Assembly (NCBI GenBank): GCA_963847625.1
Contig: CAWKAR010000019.1
Coordinates: 1 to 64,000 of the forward strand
DNA length: 64,000 bases
Source: a candidate division FCPU426 bacterium
Lineage (GTDB): Bacteria; Oederibacteriota; Muellerivitia; Muellerivitales; Muellerivitaceae
Reading direction: 5' to 3'
Shown here: one piece after another, positions 1-9,568 of the stretch
Position numbering within the stretch: position 1 is the stretch's first letter
How the letters are laid out: every line of letters starts with the position of its first letter
The notes under the pieces: model-generated
What the model was told of the DNA's origin: nothing
Databases searched by the model: none
The model's input: only the letters and a program-made list of their open reading frames with translations
Program-made: the position numbers and the translations under genes

Positions 1-103
1 TATGGGCCAGCAACCTACGTAGTAGCTTTGATCAATAGTAGCTGATCAAAATAACGCGGGTTGCTCCTGGTAAGGAGCCTATCCGCATACGGAGGGCTGA
101 CCC

Positions 104-1210
104 ATGGGAAATAATAGCACGGTGGTAGGGCTGGATGTTCATAAGGAAACGATCACGATTGCAGTTTTAAGGCCCGACAAGGATCGTCCTGATCCCTCGG
201 TTACGGTTGAAAATCAGCCATCAATCATTGAAAAGAAAGTACGGGAACTTAATCGCCGCCATGCCCCACTGGAATTCGTTTATGAGGCTGGGCCTGGGGG
301 ATTTGCTTTGTATAGGCAGATTACCCAATTGGGACACCCTTGTGCGGTGATTGCGCCCGCATGGATGCCGATGAAACCTGGGGACCGAGTCAAGACGGAC
401 CGAAAGGACGCAGAAAAGCTGTCTTGGTATTGGCGCATGAGGGATTTGAAAGAAGTCCGGGTACCCACGCCCGAAGAAGAATCCGTGAGGGATTTGCTGC
501 GTGTCCGGGAAGATGTTCTCGCAAACCAGTTGAGAGCCCGTCATCGGTTATTGAAATTCCTGCTTAGGCAAGGCCGGATTTATCGGGGTGGCAAACACTG
601 GACCCAAGCCCATAGGGAATGGTTGAGACACCAGAAGTTTGAGCTGCCAAATCTCGTAAAGACCTATGAAGCGAATTACCGAATTTTGGCTGAGATTGAC
701 GTGCACTTGGCTGATTTGAATTGTGAAGTTGAATTGCTGGCACAAGACGAGAAATATCGAATTGCTGTCAGCTATTTGAAATGCCTGAAAGGCGTTAACA
801 CACTCACGGCCATGACTTTATTAGCAGAAAGCGGAGATTTCAGGCGGTTTAAAAACGCCCGCAGTTATATGCGATATACGGGAATGGTCAGTTGGGAAGA
901 CAGCACCGGAAGCCATGTTTACCGGGGCGGGATTGTCAAATCCGGAAATGCCCATTTGAGGCGAGTGCTAGTCCAAGGGGCATGGACCTATCAGCTACGA
1001 AGCCTTGGGAGTCCAACACTCGCTAAACGGAGAAAAGGTTGTCCCCCGGAAGTTATACATTTAGCACGAAAAGCTGATGAACGTTTGCATTTGAAGTTTC
1101 GGCGGATGGTAAGCCGAAACAAACGGTCTCAGGTGGCGGTAGTGGCCATCGCACGGGAATTGGCTGGCTTTATCTGGGCGATTGGACAGATGATCCCATC
1201 CGATCAGTAA
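104..1210 (+). CDS. IS110 family transposase/recombinase
   Basis: N-terminal VGLDVHK, FVYEAG, KTDRKDA motifs (DEDD RuvC-like); C-terminal SWEDSTG...KSGNAHLRR..AIARELAGFIWA. Confidence 0.95.
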   Translation: MGNNSTVVGLDVHKETITIAVLRPDKDRPDPSVTVENQPSIIEKKVRELNRRHAPLEFVYEAGPGGFALYRQITQLGHPCAVIAPAWMPMKPGDRVKTDRKDAEKLSWYWRMRDLKEVRVPTPEEESVRDLLRVREDVLANQLRARHRLLKFLLRQGRIYRGGKHWTQAHREWLRHQKFELPNLVKTYEANYRILAEIDVHLADLNCEVELLAQDEKYRIAVSYLKCLKGVNTLTAMTLLAESGDFRRFKNARSYMRYTGMVSWEDSTGSHVYRGGIVKSGNAHLRRVLVQGAWTYQLRSLGSPTLAKRRKGCPPEVIHLARKADERLHLKFRRMVSRNKRSQVAVVAIARELAGFIWAIGQMIPSDQ

Positions 1211-1238
1211 TAGATCCGATGAGAAGAAAAAGAAGGAC

Positions 1239-1440
1239 GAGCTCTGATTTCAGGAGCGTGGCGCGGCACGGAGAACCCTCGACGACCCCTTGTGCAATGA
1301 AGTCTTATTTCATGACGCACGGACAAAGATCGAGGCAGCTCCCGACGACAGGTCATCATGCGTCCCTGCCCTTTGGGGTAATACGCGAATATCAGTTTGA
1401 TCAACCGTCGGAAATGGCTACGCTCTTGGAATCAGGGCTC
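1239..1440 (+). ncRNA. Putative bridge/seek RNA of the IS110-family element
   Basis: 24-bp enclosing stem (1239-1262 with 1417-1440) whose four non-Watson-Crick positions are all G-U on the + strand; it encloses two hairpins with internal loops; loop ATATCAG (1389-1395) equals the element's right end (1501-1507). Confidence 0.75.
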
Positions 1441-1641
1441 TGTCGTGCTGGTCCGTGAAAAGACCAACACCCTAGAATCTGAAGGTTGACTGGCCCATAC
1501 ATATCAGGGATCAGGTTTCCCGCGCTGCAGTATGGCGCAGGGCTTCGACAGGTTCGGGACAGGCCACCCATGTGGGCAGGACTTTCGGGCCTGCGGGCAG
1601 TGTTCCCGGGTTCCCGGCAAGGAGGAAAAAGAGAATGGATT

Positions 1642-2622
1642 TTAACCCTGCTTATCGAAATACTTCGCGGCTTCCTTGGCCCAGTAAGTGATGATCCGGT
1701 TTGCCCCGGCCCGCTTGATGGCCAAAAGGCTTTCGGCCATGGCGCCCTCCAAATCCAACCATTTCATTTTTCCGGCGGCCTGGATCATGGAATACTCGCC
1801 CGAAACGTGATAGGCCCATAAAGGGACCAGGAATTTCATCCGGGCCTTGGCGATAATATCCAGGGCCGTCAAAGCGGGCTTGACCATGACCACGTCCGCC
1901 CCCTCCTCGATATCCAGCTGAATTTCCCGGAGGGCCTCCCGCGCGTTGGAAACGGGCATCTGGTAGGTTTTACGATCGCCGAAAGCCGGAGTGGAATCCG
2001 CGGCTTCCCGGAACGGCCCGTAGAATTGGGATGAGAACTTGGCCGCGTAACTCAATAGGAGCGTGTTTTCCAACTTGTTCTTGTCGAGGACCCGCCGGAT
2101 GAAAGCCACTCGCCCATCCATCATGTCGGAGGGTGCCACGATATCCGCCCCGGCATGGGCATGGGATAGCGCGATTTTACCGAGCAGGGTCAGGGTCGAA
2201 TCGTTCTGGACGTCGCCCTTGGAGATAATCCCGCAATGGCCGTGGGAAGTGTATTCGCATGCGCAGACGTCGGTGATAACAACCAAGGTTGGCAATTCTT
2301 TTTTTAAAATCCGGACCGTTTTCTGGATGATGCCATTCGGATTATAGGCTTCCCGGGCCGCGGGATCTTTTTTCGATGGAATTCCGAATAAAAGAACCGC
2401 CTGGATTCCGAGAGTATGGGCCGAGGCCGCTTCCTTCACGGCGGATGAAAGCGAGTGCCGGTATATCCCGGGCATGGAAGGTATCGCTTCCGGGGTTTTC
2501 AACCCCTCCGCGACGAAAATCGGGAGAATGAAATCCCGGGCACTCAACCTTGTTTCCTCGAATAGGTTGCGCAGGCTTTTGGTTCTTCTCAATCGGCGCA
2601 TCCGGTGGATTGGGAAAGCCAT
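1642..2622 (-). CDS. hemB: Porphobilinogen synthase (delta-aminolevulinic acid dehydratase)
   Basis: RMRRLRR, DVCACEYTSHGHCG (Zn ligands), APSDMMDGRV, FYGPFREA, MVKPA motifs. Confidence 0.97.
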   Translation of the reverse strand: MAFPIHRMRRLRRTKSLRNLFEETRLSARDFILPIFVAEGLKTPEAIPSMPGIYRHSLSSAVKEAASAHTLGIQAVLLFGIPSKKDPAAREAYNPNGIIQKTVRILKKELPTLVVITDVCACEYTSHGHCGIISKGDVQNDSTLTLLGKIALSHAHAGADIVAPSDMMDGRVAFIRRVLDKNKLENTLLLSYAAKFSSQFYGPFREAADSTPAFGDRKTYQMPVSNAREALREIQLDIEEGADVVMVKPALTALDIIAKARMKFLVPLWAYHVSGEYSMIQAAGKMKWLDLEGAMAESLLAIKRAGANRIITYWAKEAAKYFDKQG

Positions 2623-2663
2623 GCTGATCCTTTCAAAATAAATTTTTCCCTAGGGAAGACGAA

Positions 2664-3482
2664 TTATATAACCCTTTGCCGGGATTTCCTTGCCCAAGCC
2701 GAAATGGCCATGGCAAAGGCGGGCATGGTGAAGGTTGTTGGTTGCACCGCTACTTTCATGCCCCATTTACGGACCGAGTTCGCGGTAACCGGGCCGATCA
2801 CTGCGACCGGAATGGCTTTTAACAACATCTTCCTTTGAACTGCGGTAAAGGATCCATAAAAATGATTCACGGCTGATGAAGAGGTGAATGTTAAAAGATC
2901 TACACTTCCTCCTTTAGTGAATAAATGCTGGAGTTTATTGCGGCTTCCGGCAGGAATCCGGTTTTTATATAAGGTTAATCGGGCAACCTTGACGTTCTTT
3001 TTCTTTAAGGACTTATAAAGAACATCCCTTCCCTCTTGGGCCCGGCAAAGTAAAATTCTCTTCCCTTTCAATGCCATTTTATTGAACGCCCTGGCCAAAC
3101 CTTCCTGGTGAAAATCCTTGGGCACCAAATCCGATTTCAAACCAAAAGACCTTAAAGTTTTTGCGGTGGCTTCCCCGGCACAAGCGATCTTAACTTTACT
3201 CAGACGCCGGATATTTTTTTTTAATTTTTTCCAATGACCCATGAAAAGTTGAACCCCATTTGAGCTGTTGAAAACCAACCAATCATATTCATCCGCTTTC
3301 GCGACGAGTTTTTGCCCTGCCTTGCCCAAAGGGAGAGGAACAATTTCCGATACCGGGATTTCAATAGCCTCAAACACCCGCTTATCCAGCAAACCCGTCA
3401 AATAACCCGCTTGGGATTTTGCGCGGGTCACGAGAACCCTCCATCTTCGCCGGTGTTGAAACTGGTTGTTTTTTCCTGGCAT
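2664..3482 (-). CDS. hemD: Uroporphyrinogen-III synthase
   Basis: VLVTR, YDWLVFNSSNGV, IACAGEATA, LTFTSSSAV, VAVIGPVTA motifs; immediately upstream of hemB. Confidence 0.9.
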   Translation of the reverse strand: MPGKNNQFQHRRRWRVLVTRAKSQAGYLTGLLDKRVFEAIEIPVSEIVPLPLGKAGQKLVAKADEYDWLVFNSSNGVQLFMGHWKKLKKNIRRLSKVKIACAGEATAKTLRSFGLKSDLVPKDFHQEGLARAFNKMALKGKRILLCRAQEGRDVLYKSLKKKNVKVARLTLYKNRIPAGSRNKLQHLFTKGGSVDLLTFTSSSAVNHFYGSFTAVQRKMLLKAIPVAVIGPVTANSVRKWGMKVAVQPTTFTMPAFAMAISAWARKSRQRVI

Positions 3483-4097
3483 CCGAATTTCCTTTAATTG
3501 TTGGTAAGTATCCCTTTACAACAAGTAAAAGCAAAAAGGCATGGAACCGCCGATCAAATCCAATGTCCCGCATCTCCATAAAGGAGTTAATGGATTGCGG
3601 GACAATACCACTTTCATTTGAAATCCTTTCAATAGTGAAGTGGCATGGACGCCGATAAGTTTGAGAAAGCCTTAAACTATAAGCCGTTATCGGCGTTTAT
3701 CGGTCGTTATCTGCGGTAAAAAAATTTCTTTACGTGTCGTGAAGGTATAGTCACCTTATTTATTTAGGTGAATCCACTAAGAATTATTGGATACGCCATT
3801 TTATGAGGTTAATATTGAAAAAAATAGATACGAAAACATTGTTGGAAATCCATGAATTACCGTCATTCCACAAGACGTTTTTCCGGCAAAAGACCCGAAT
3901 AGCTACGGTTTTATAGAGACCATCAGGAAGTAGCCCAATTTTCCATGTCGAATTGGAACCGCTTTCAATCTCGTTTTTAATTAACACGTGAAAGTTGAAA
4001 ATCATCCCGAAAAAAACCGGAACTATAATAAATCGGGTATATTCTTACTAAGAAAAAGCCATTTGAATAAAACAATATCTCAATATTAGGGAACCTC

Positions 4098-7000
4098 TTG
4101 AAAAGACCGGTCCTTCTCTTTTTCTCATACCTCTTTCACCATTTCTCCCCAACTGCTTTTAAAAATTTTATCCTTTACTGTTTTCGGATCGCAGCCCTCG
4201 GAATTTTTTTAATCTTCCTGCCCGAAAAATCCGTCTTTGCTGAATTGGCTACGCTTTACGTCTCTGGTAACCAGCTTACTACTTCCACCTCGGGCGGCTG
4301 TACGCTTAAATTAAAAGGTGTCAACATTGACGGGTTGGAGTTCTCGCCCTACGGGTATGGACCCGGAGGAAGCAGTTCCAATTGCGGGGGCTTTACCGGT
4401 AACAGCACCAACGGATGCGGTGGTAACACCCTGGCGGCGGCCCAGGAAGCGGTCACGGCCTGGCACGCCAATGTTATCCGGCTGCCCATGAACCAGGATT
4501 TTTGGTTTGGTTGCTCCAATTCGATCACCCAGATCGCCGCTTCACAATACCAGTCGGCCGTGTCCGCCATCGTCGGATATTGCGCCTCCAATAACGTTTA
4601 CATCATCCTGGATCTCCATTGGTCGGGCACCTCCAGCGGCACTACCTTTACCACTCCCTGCAGCGGGTCCGGCTGGGGTACGGCCACGGCGCAGGAAGCA
4701 ATGGCGGATGCCAACGCAGTTACCTTTTGGCAGTCCGTGGCCAGTATGTCCTGGACTAAGAATAACCCGGCAGTCATGTTCGACCTATACAACGAGCCCA
4801 CCAACATTACCGCGGCTTGCTGGGTGACCGGCGGTAGTACGGGCACGGGCAAGACACCCACCTGGACACCTGGAATGCAGGGACTTTTGGATGCCGTAAG
4901 GGGTGTGGGCGCCAATAATATCTGCCTGTTGGGCGGCTTGAACTGGTGTTCAAACCTGAAAAGTGTCCTCAGCGCCCCCGGACCCGTCACCAATACGGGC
5001 AATGGCGTCGTTTACTCGGCCCACTTTTATGGGCCCAATGACGGAACCACTCCCGTCAGTTGGAACGCGGACGTGCCATCAAGCGTCTTGTCCACCGCTC
5101 CTGTTTTCGTGGGCGAGTTTGGGGGAGCCACGACCTGCGGCACGGCACCGGATGACCCCACTTTCGATACCAATATGATCGGCACGTCGGGATGGGCAGT
5201 CACCACCACCGGGGTGGGGGGAGGCACCGGCTGGTCTTTCACCGATGATTCCTGCCCCAACATGCTTTCGGACTGGAGTTGGACTGCCAATGCCTGGGGT
5301 GCGGCCGTATCCACATGGCTGGCCACGCCTGTTCCCACCTGCCCCCCTGTCACCCCCGGCCCGACACTCACACCCACCCGGACTTATACCAATACCTACA
5401 CTTTTACAGTCACATCCACTTCCTCTTACACTTCTACCCAGACACGGACTCCCACCCTAACATCCACGAACACCGCAACCATTACACCTACTCCCACTTC
5501 GACCCGGACGAACACGCCTAACAATACACCGACTTATACGGTAACTAATACTTCCACGAACACTAGCACAAGCACCCCCACCCCGACCCGGACGAACACG
5601 CCCACGAATACCTCCACCCCGACGCCGACTTCGACTTTAACCAATACCCGGACCAATTCACCGACTAATACGGAATCCAGCACCTTCACAAATACTGCGA
5701 CTACAACGCCCACCCCAACCGCAACCCGGACAAACACGCCGACTTATTCAGTAACCAATACGCCTACGAATACCGCGACTGGAACAACTACCCCAACCCG
5801 GACGAACACGGCGACCAATACGTTCACGATTCTACCCACAAATACCCCAACCAACACTGCCACGAGCACGGCGACTTCCACCCCAACCGCAACCCGGACG
5901 AACACGGCGACTAATACTTTCACGATTGTACCCACGAATACCCCTACCAACACGGCCACGAGTACGGTGACAGCCACCTCCACTGCAACCCGGACGAACA
6001 CGCCGACCAATACGGTTACAACTACCTCCACGAATACCCCAGCCAACACGGCCACGAGTACGGTGACAGCCACCTCCACTGCAACCCGGACGAACACTCA
6101 AACGAATACACCTACGTCCACATTGACTAATACCCCAACGAATACAACCACAGCCACGCCGACGAATACTCCTTCCAGCACGAGGACGAACACGCCGGCC
6201 TCTACTCCCACCGCAACAGCTACCAACACTCCGACGCTGACCTCTACGGTCACTAGTACCAGCACAGGAACCACATCACCCACTTACACGAACACTCAAA
6301 CCCGTACGCAAACTCCAACGTCCACAAATACGGCAACTTCTACTCCTACTCCGACCCTTACGAACACATCCACCAACACGCCTACGGCGACACCGACTAG
6401 GACATTAAGCCCTACACCCACGAATACCCCACCCAACACTGCCACGAGCACAGCGACAGCTACTTCCACAGCGACTAGGACGAACACCCAAACAAATACA
6501 CCGACTTCTATACCCACAAATACTTCCACCTATACCAGAACGAACACTCCGACCTCTACTCCCACCCCAACAGCTACCAACACTTCGACGGTGACCTCTA
6601 CGGTCACTAGTACCACCACAGGAACCACATCACCCACACCCACTTACACAAATACCCCAACCCGGACCCAAACTCCAACCCCGTCGAATACGGGAACCTC
6701 TACCCCGACTCCGACGGTGACGAACACGTCCACCAGCACGCTTACTGCGACACCGACTAGGACATTGACTCCCACCTCCACGAATACCCCGTCAAATACG
6801 GCGACAGCCACGCCGACGAACACTTTAACCAGCACGAGGACAAACACTCCGACCTCTACTCCCACCCCAACAGCTACCAACACTCCGACGCTGACCTCTA
6901 CGGTCACTAGTACCACCACAGGAACCACATCACCCACACCCACTTACACAAATACCCCAACCCGGACCCAAACTCCAACCCCGACGAATACGGGAACCTC

Positions 7001-9353
7001 TACCCCGACTCCGACGGTGACGAACACGTCCACCAGCACGCTTACTGCGACACCGACTAGGACATTGACTCCCACCTCCACGAATACCCCGTCAAATACG
7101 GCGACAGCCACGCCGACGAACACTTTAACCAGCACGAGGACAAACACTCCGACCTCTACTCCCACCCCAACAGCTACCAACACTCCGACGCTGACCTCTA
7201 CGGTCACTAGTACCACCACGGGAACCACATCGCCCACACCCACTTACACGAATACCCTAACCCGGACCCAAACTCCAACCCCGTCGAATACGGCAACTTC
7301 TACTCCTACTCCGGCCGTTACGAACACATCCACCAACACGCCTACGGTGACACCGACTAGGACATTGACCTCCACATCCACGAATACCCCGTCGAATACG
7401 GCCACATCCACACCGACTGGCACTTTAACCAGCACGAGGACAAACACACCAACCTCTACTCCCACCCCAACAGTCACCAACACTCCGACGCTGACCTCTA
7501 CGGTCACTAGTACCACCACGGGAACCACATCACCCACACCGACTTACACGAACACCCTAACCCGGACCCAAACTCCAACATCCACAAATACGGCAACTTC
7601 TACTCCTACTCCGACCGTTACGAACACATCCACCAACACGCCTACGGTGACACCGACTAGGACATTGACCCTTACCTCCACGAATACCCCGTCGAATACG
7701 GCCACATCCACACCGACTAGCACTTTAACCAGCACGAGGACAAACACGCCAACCTCTACTCCCACCCCAACAACCACCAACACTCCGACGCTGACCTCTA
7801 CGGTCACTAGTACCACCACGGGAACCACATCGCCCACACCCACTTACACGAACACCCTAACCCGTACACAAACTCCAACCCCGTCGAATACGGCAACTTC
7901 TACTCCTACTCCGGCCGTTACGAACACATCCACCAACACGCCTACGGCGACACCGACTAGGACATTGACCCCCACATCCACGAATACGCCGTCGAATACG
8001 GCCACCATCACGCCGACCAATACCTTGACGGGAACCTCTACGCCCACCTTGACGAACACCTTAACCAGCACGAGGACGAATACGCCGACGGTGACGCCTA
8101 CGGTCACCAATACCAATACCGGGACTCAGTCGCCCACGCCCACTGGGACTAACACGTCCACCGTTACCAACACGCCGACCCGTACGCTGACCGGGACATC
8201 GACCCATACGCCGACAGGCACCCCAAGCGCGACAGCCTCCCAGACTCCAACAACTTCTTCGACATTAACTGGGACACTAACGCCTACGAATACCTCTACC
8301 CCGACCTATACGATGACAAATACACCGACGTCAGCCCCCACCAACAGCCCAACGAACACCCCTACTTCCACATTTACCAGCACTTCGACAAGTACCAGGA
8401 CCCTCACTCCCACGAGCACGCCTACCAGTACATTCACGAACACGTTATCTGATACGCCCACACACACGCCGACGAATACCTTAACGAGCACCCGGACGAA
8501 TACGCCGACGGCTTCGACTACAGCGACTCCAACGTCGTCGCCTACGCTCACCGCTTCGCCGACTCCAACTGTGACGCCTACAGTCACCAATACCAATACC
8601 GGGACTCAGTCGCCCACGCCTACTGCGACTAACACGCCTACGCTCACCAACACGCCGACCCGTACACTGACCGGAACATCGACCAATACGCCGACAGGCA
8701 CCCCGAGCGCGACAGCCTCCCAGACTCCAACAACTTCTTCGACATTAACTGGGACACCAACGCCTACGAACACATCTACCCCAACCCGTATGATGACAAA
8801 TACGCCGACATCAACCCCCACCAACAGCCAAACGGACACGCCCACTCCCACCTTTATCAGCACTTCGACAAGTACGGCCACACCCACGCCAACCCATACT
8901 GAGACGCCGGCGGTGACCGACACCCCAACGGCTACGTCCACAACCACTTTCACTTATACGAGGACATCCTCACCCACGGCGACTTTCACGGTCATCCCGG
9001 CTTCAACCCCAACGGCAACCTCAACAAACACTCTTATGGCCGCTTCGACGGGAACAGCGACTCCGGTTGGGAAAAATGGAGTGGTTGTATATCCAAACCC
9101 GGTAAGCGGCCCGGGCCCGGTGACGATCAGGATCACTTTGACCCGAAAGGAATCGCTTGTTCGGGTTGAGATATTCACGCTGGCCTTCCGGAAGGTGAAT
9201 GAGATCGATCTGACACAAGCGCCGGCGGGAATTACCAATGTGGCCTTACCCCTGACGGACAAGGGAGGAATCCCCCTGGCCGACGGCCTTTATTACGTGG
9301 TTGTCCAAACGTCCCAGAGCAGTATCGTCAATAAATTGCTTGTCTTGAGATAA
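4098..9353 (+). CDS. Secreted glycoside hydrolase family 5 (cellulase-like) with ~1250-aa Thr/Pro-rich stalk and T9SS type-A-like C-terminal domain
   Basis: Signal-like N-terminus; LKGVN, NVIRLP, ILDLHW, FDLYNEP (acid/base), [14 protein letters not shown] (nucleophile); (T-X)n region; C-terminal VVVYPNPV...[23 protein letters not shown] start uncertain. Confidence 0.85.
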   Translation: MKRPVLLFFSYLFHHFSPTAFKNFILYCFRIAALGIFLIFLPEKSVFAELATLYVSGNQLTTSTSGGCTLKLKGVNIDGLEFSPYGYGPGGSSSNCGGFTGNSTNGCGGNTLAAAQEAVTAWHANVIRLPMNQDFWFGCSNSITQIAASQYQSAVSAIVGYCASNNVYIILDLHWSGTSSGTTFTTPCSGSGWGTATAQEAMADANAVTFWQSVASMSWTKNNPAVMFDLYNEPTNITAACWVTGGSTGTGKTPTWTPGMQGLLDAVRGVGANNICLLGGLNWCSNLKSVLSAPGPVTNTGNGVVYSAHFYGPNDGTTPVSWNADVPSSVLSTAPVFVGEFGGATTCGTAPDDPTFDTNMIGTSGWAVTTTGVGGGTGWSFTDDSCPNMLSDWSWTANAWGAAVSTWLATPVPTCPPVTPGPTLTPTRTYTNTYTFTVTSTSSYTSTQTRTPTLTSTNTATITPTPTSTRTNTPNNTPTYTVTNTSTNTSTSTPTPTRTNTPTNTSTPTPTSTLTNTRTNSPTNTESSTFTNTATTTPTPTATRTNTPTYSVTNTPTNTATGTTTPTRTNTATNTFTILPTNTPTNTATSTATSTPTATRTNTATNTFTIVPTNTPTNTATSTVTATSTATRTNTPTNTVTTTSTNTPANTATSTVTATSTATRTNTQTNTPTSTLTNTPTNTTTATPTNTPSSTRTNTPASTPTATATNTPTLTSTVTSTSTGTTSPTYTNTQTRTQTPTSTNTATSTPTPTLTNTSTNTPTATPTRTLSPTPTNTPPNTATSTATATSTATRTNTQTNTPTSIPTNTSTYTRTNTPTSTPTPTATNTSTVTSTVTSTTTGTTSPTPTYTNTPTRTQTPTPSNTGTSTPTPTVTNTSTSTLTATPTRTLTPTSTNTPSNTATATPTNTLTSTRTNTPTSTPTPTATNTPTLTSTVTSTTTGTTSPTPTYTNTPTRTQTPTPTNTGTSTPTPTVTNTSTSTLTATPTRTLTPTSTNTPSNTATATPTNTLTSTRTNTPTSTPTPTATNTPTLTSTVTSTTTGTTSPTPTYTNTLTRTQTPTPSNTATSTPTPAVTNTSTNTPTVTPTRTLTSTSTNTPSNTATSTPTGTLTSTRTNTPTSTPTPTVTNTPTLTSTVTSTTTGTTSPTPTYTNTLTRTQTPTSTNTATSTPTPTVTNTSTNTPTVTPTRTLTLTSTNTPSNTATSTPTSTLTSTRTNTPTSTPTPTTTNTPTLTSTVTSTTTGTTSPTPTYTNTLTRTQTPTPSNTATSTPTPAVTNTSTNTPTATPTRTLTPTSTNTPSNTATITPTNTLTGTSTPTLTNTLTSTRTNTPTVTPTVTNTNTGTQSPTPTGTNTSTVTNTPTRTLTGTSTHTPTGTPSATASQTPTTSSTLTGTLTPTNTSTPTYTMTNTPTSAPTNSPTNTPTSTFTSTSTSTRTLTPTSTPTSTFTNTLSDTPTHTPTNTLTSTRTNTPTASTTATPTSSPTLTASPTPTVTPTVTNTNTGTQSPTPTATNTPTLTNTPTRTLTGTSTNTPTGTPSATASQTPTTSSTLTGTPTPTNTSTPTRMMTNTPTSTPTNSQTDTPTPTFISTSTSTATPTPTHTETPAVTDTPTATSTTTFTYTRTSSPTATFTVIPASTPTATSTNTLMAASTGTATPVGKNGVVVYPNPVSGPGPVTIRITLTRKESLVRVEIFTLAFRKVNEIDLTQAPAGITNVALPLTDKGGIPLADGLYYVVVQTSQSSIVNKLLVLR
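6541..8040 (+). repeat. Five in-frame ~300-bp (100-aa) tandem repeats within the Thr-rich stalk
   Basis: CGGTCACTAGTACCACCAC recurs at 6601, 6901, 7201, 7501, 7801; the first two periods are near-identical in DNA. Confidence 0.9.
8091..8880 (+). repeat. Second in-frame duplication in the stalk (480-bp offset)
   Basis: GTCACCAATACCAATACCGGGACTCAGTCGCCCACGCC at ~8103 and ~8583, with ~300 bp of similar downstream sequence. Confidence 0.8.
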
Positions 9354-9568
9354 AATTTAGCGCAGAGTGCTGACGATACAGTGATTGATCACATGAGGCA
9401 AAAGCACAAAACGGACCCGCAAAACAACGGGAGTACCCTGCCTCCATTGTTTTAGTGTTTCGGTTGTTCCTAACGAAGGTACTGGATTTTGTTTTACACA
9501 TCACTTGGTTGAGTAAACCGGTTTTCACGTTCAAGGGGTTTCCCATGAACGGGGGCCGTTAACATCAA

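Larger units (their letters stand above)
1..1507 (+). mobile_element. IS110-family (IS1111-type) insertion sequence; the extreme left end is probably a few nt outside the window
   Basis: DEDD transposase; imperfect sub-terminal inverted repeat TATGGGCCAG-CAACC (1-15) / GGTTGACTGGCCCATA (1484-1499); ~300-nt non-coding region downstream of the transposase. Confidence 0.85.

Noticed and set aside
1219..1458. 79-aa ORF (and 66-aa antisense ORF) after the IS110 transposase
   Set aside because: No recognisable protein features; the region is better explained as structured IS RNA
6541..8040. Possible CRISPR-like or non-coding repeat array
   Set aside because: Repeats are contiguous, in-frame and coding with no unique spacers; no cas genes in the window
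5534..9262. Series of Val/Gly-rich minus-strand ORFs, several 99 aa long
   Set aside because: Antisense shadows of the GH5 stalk; their periodicity just mirrors the 300-bp repeat
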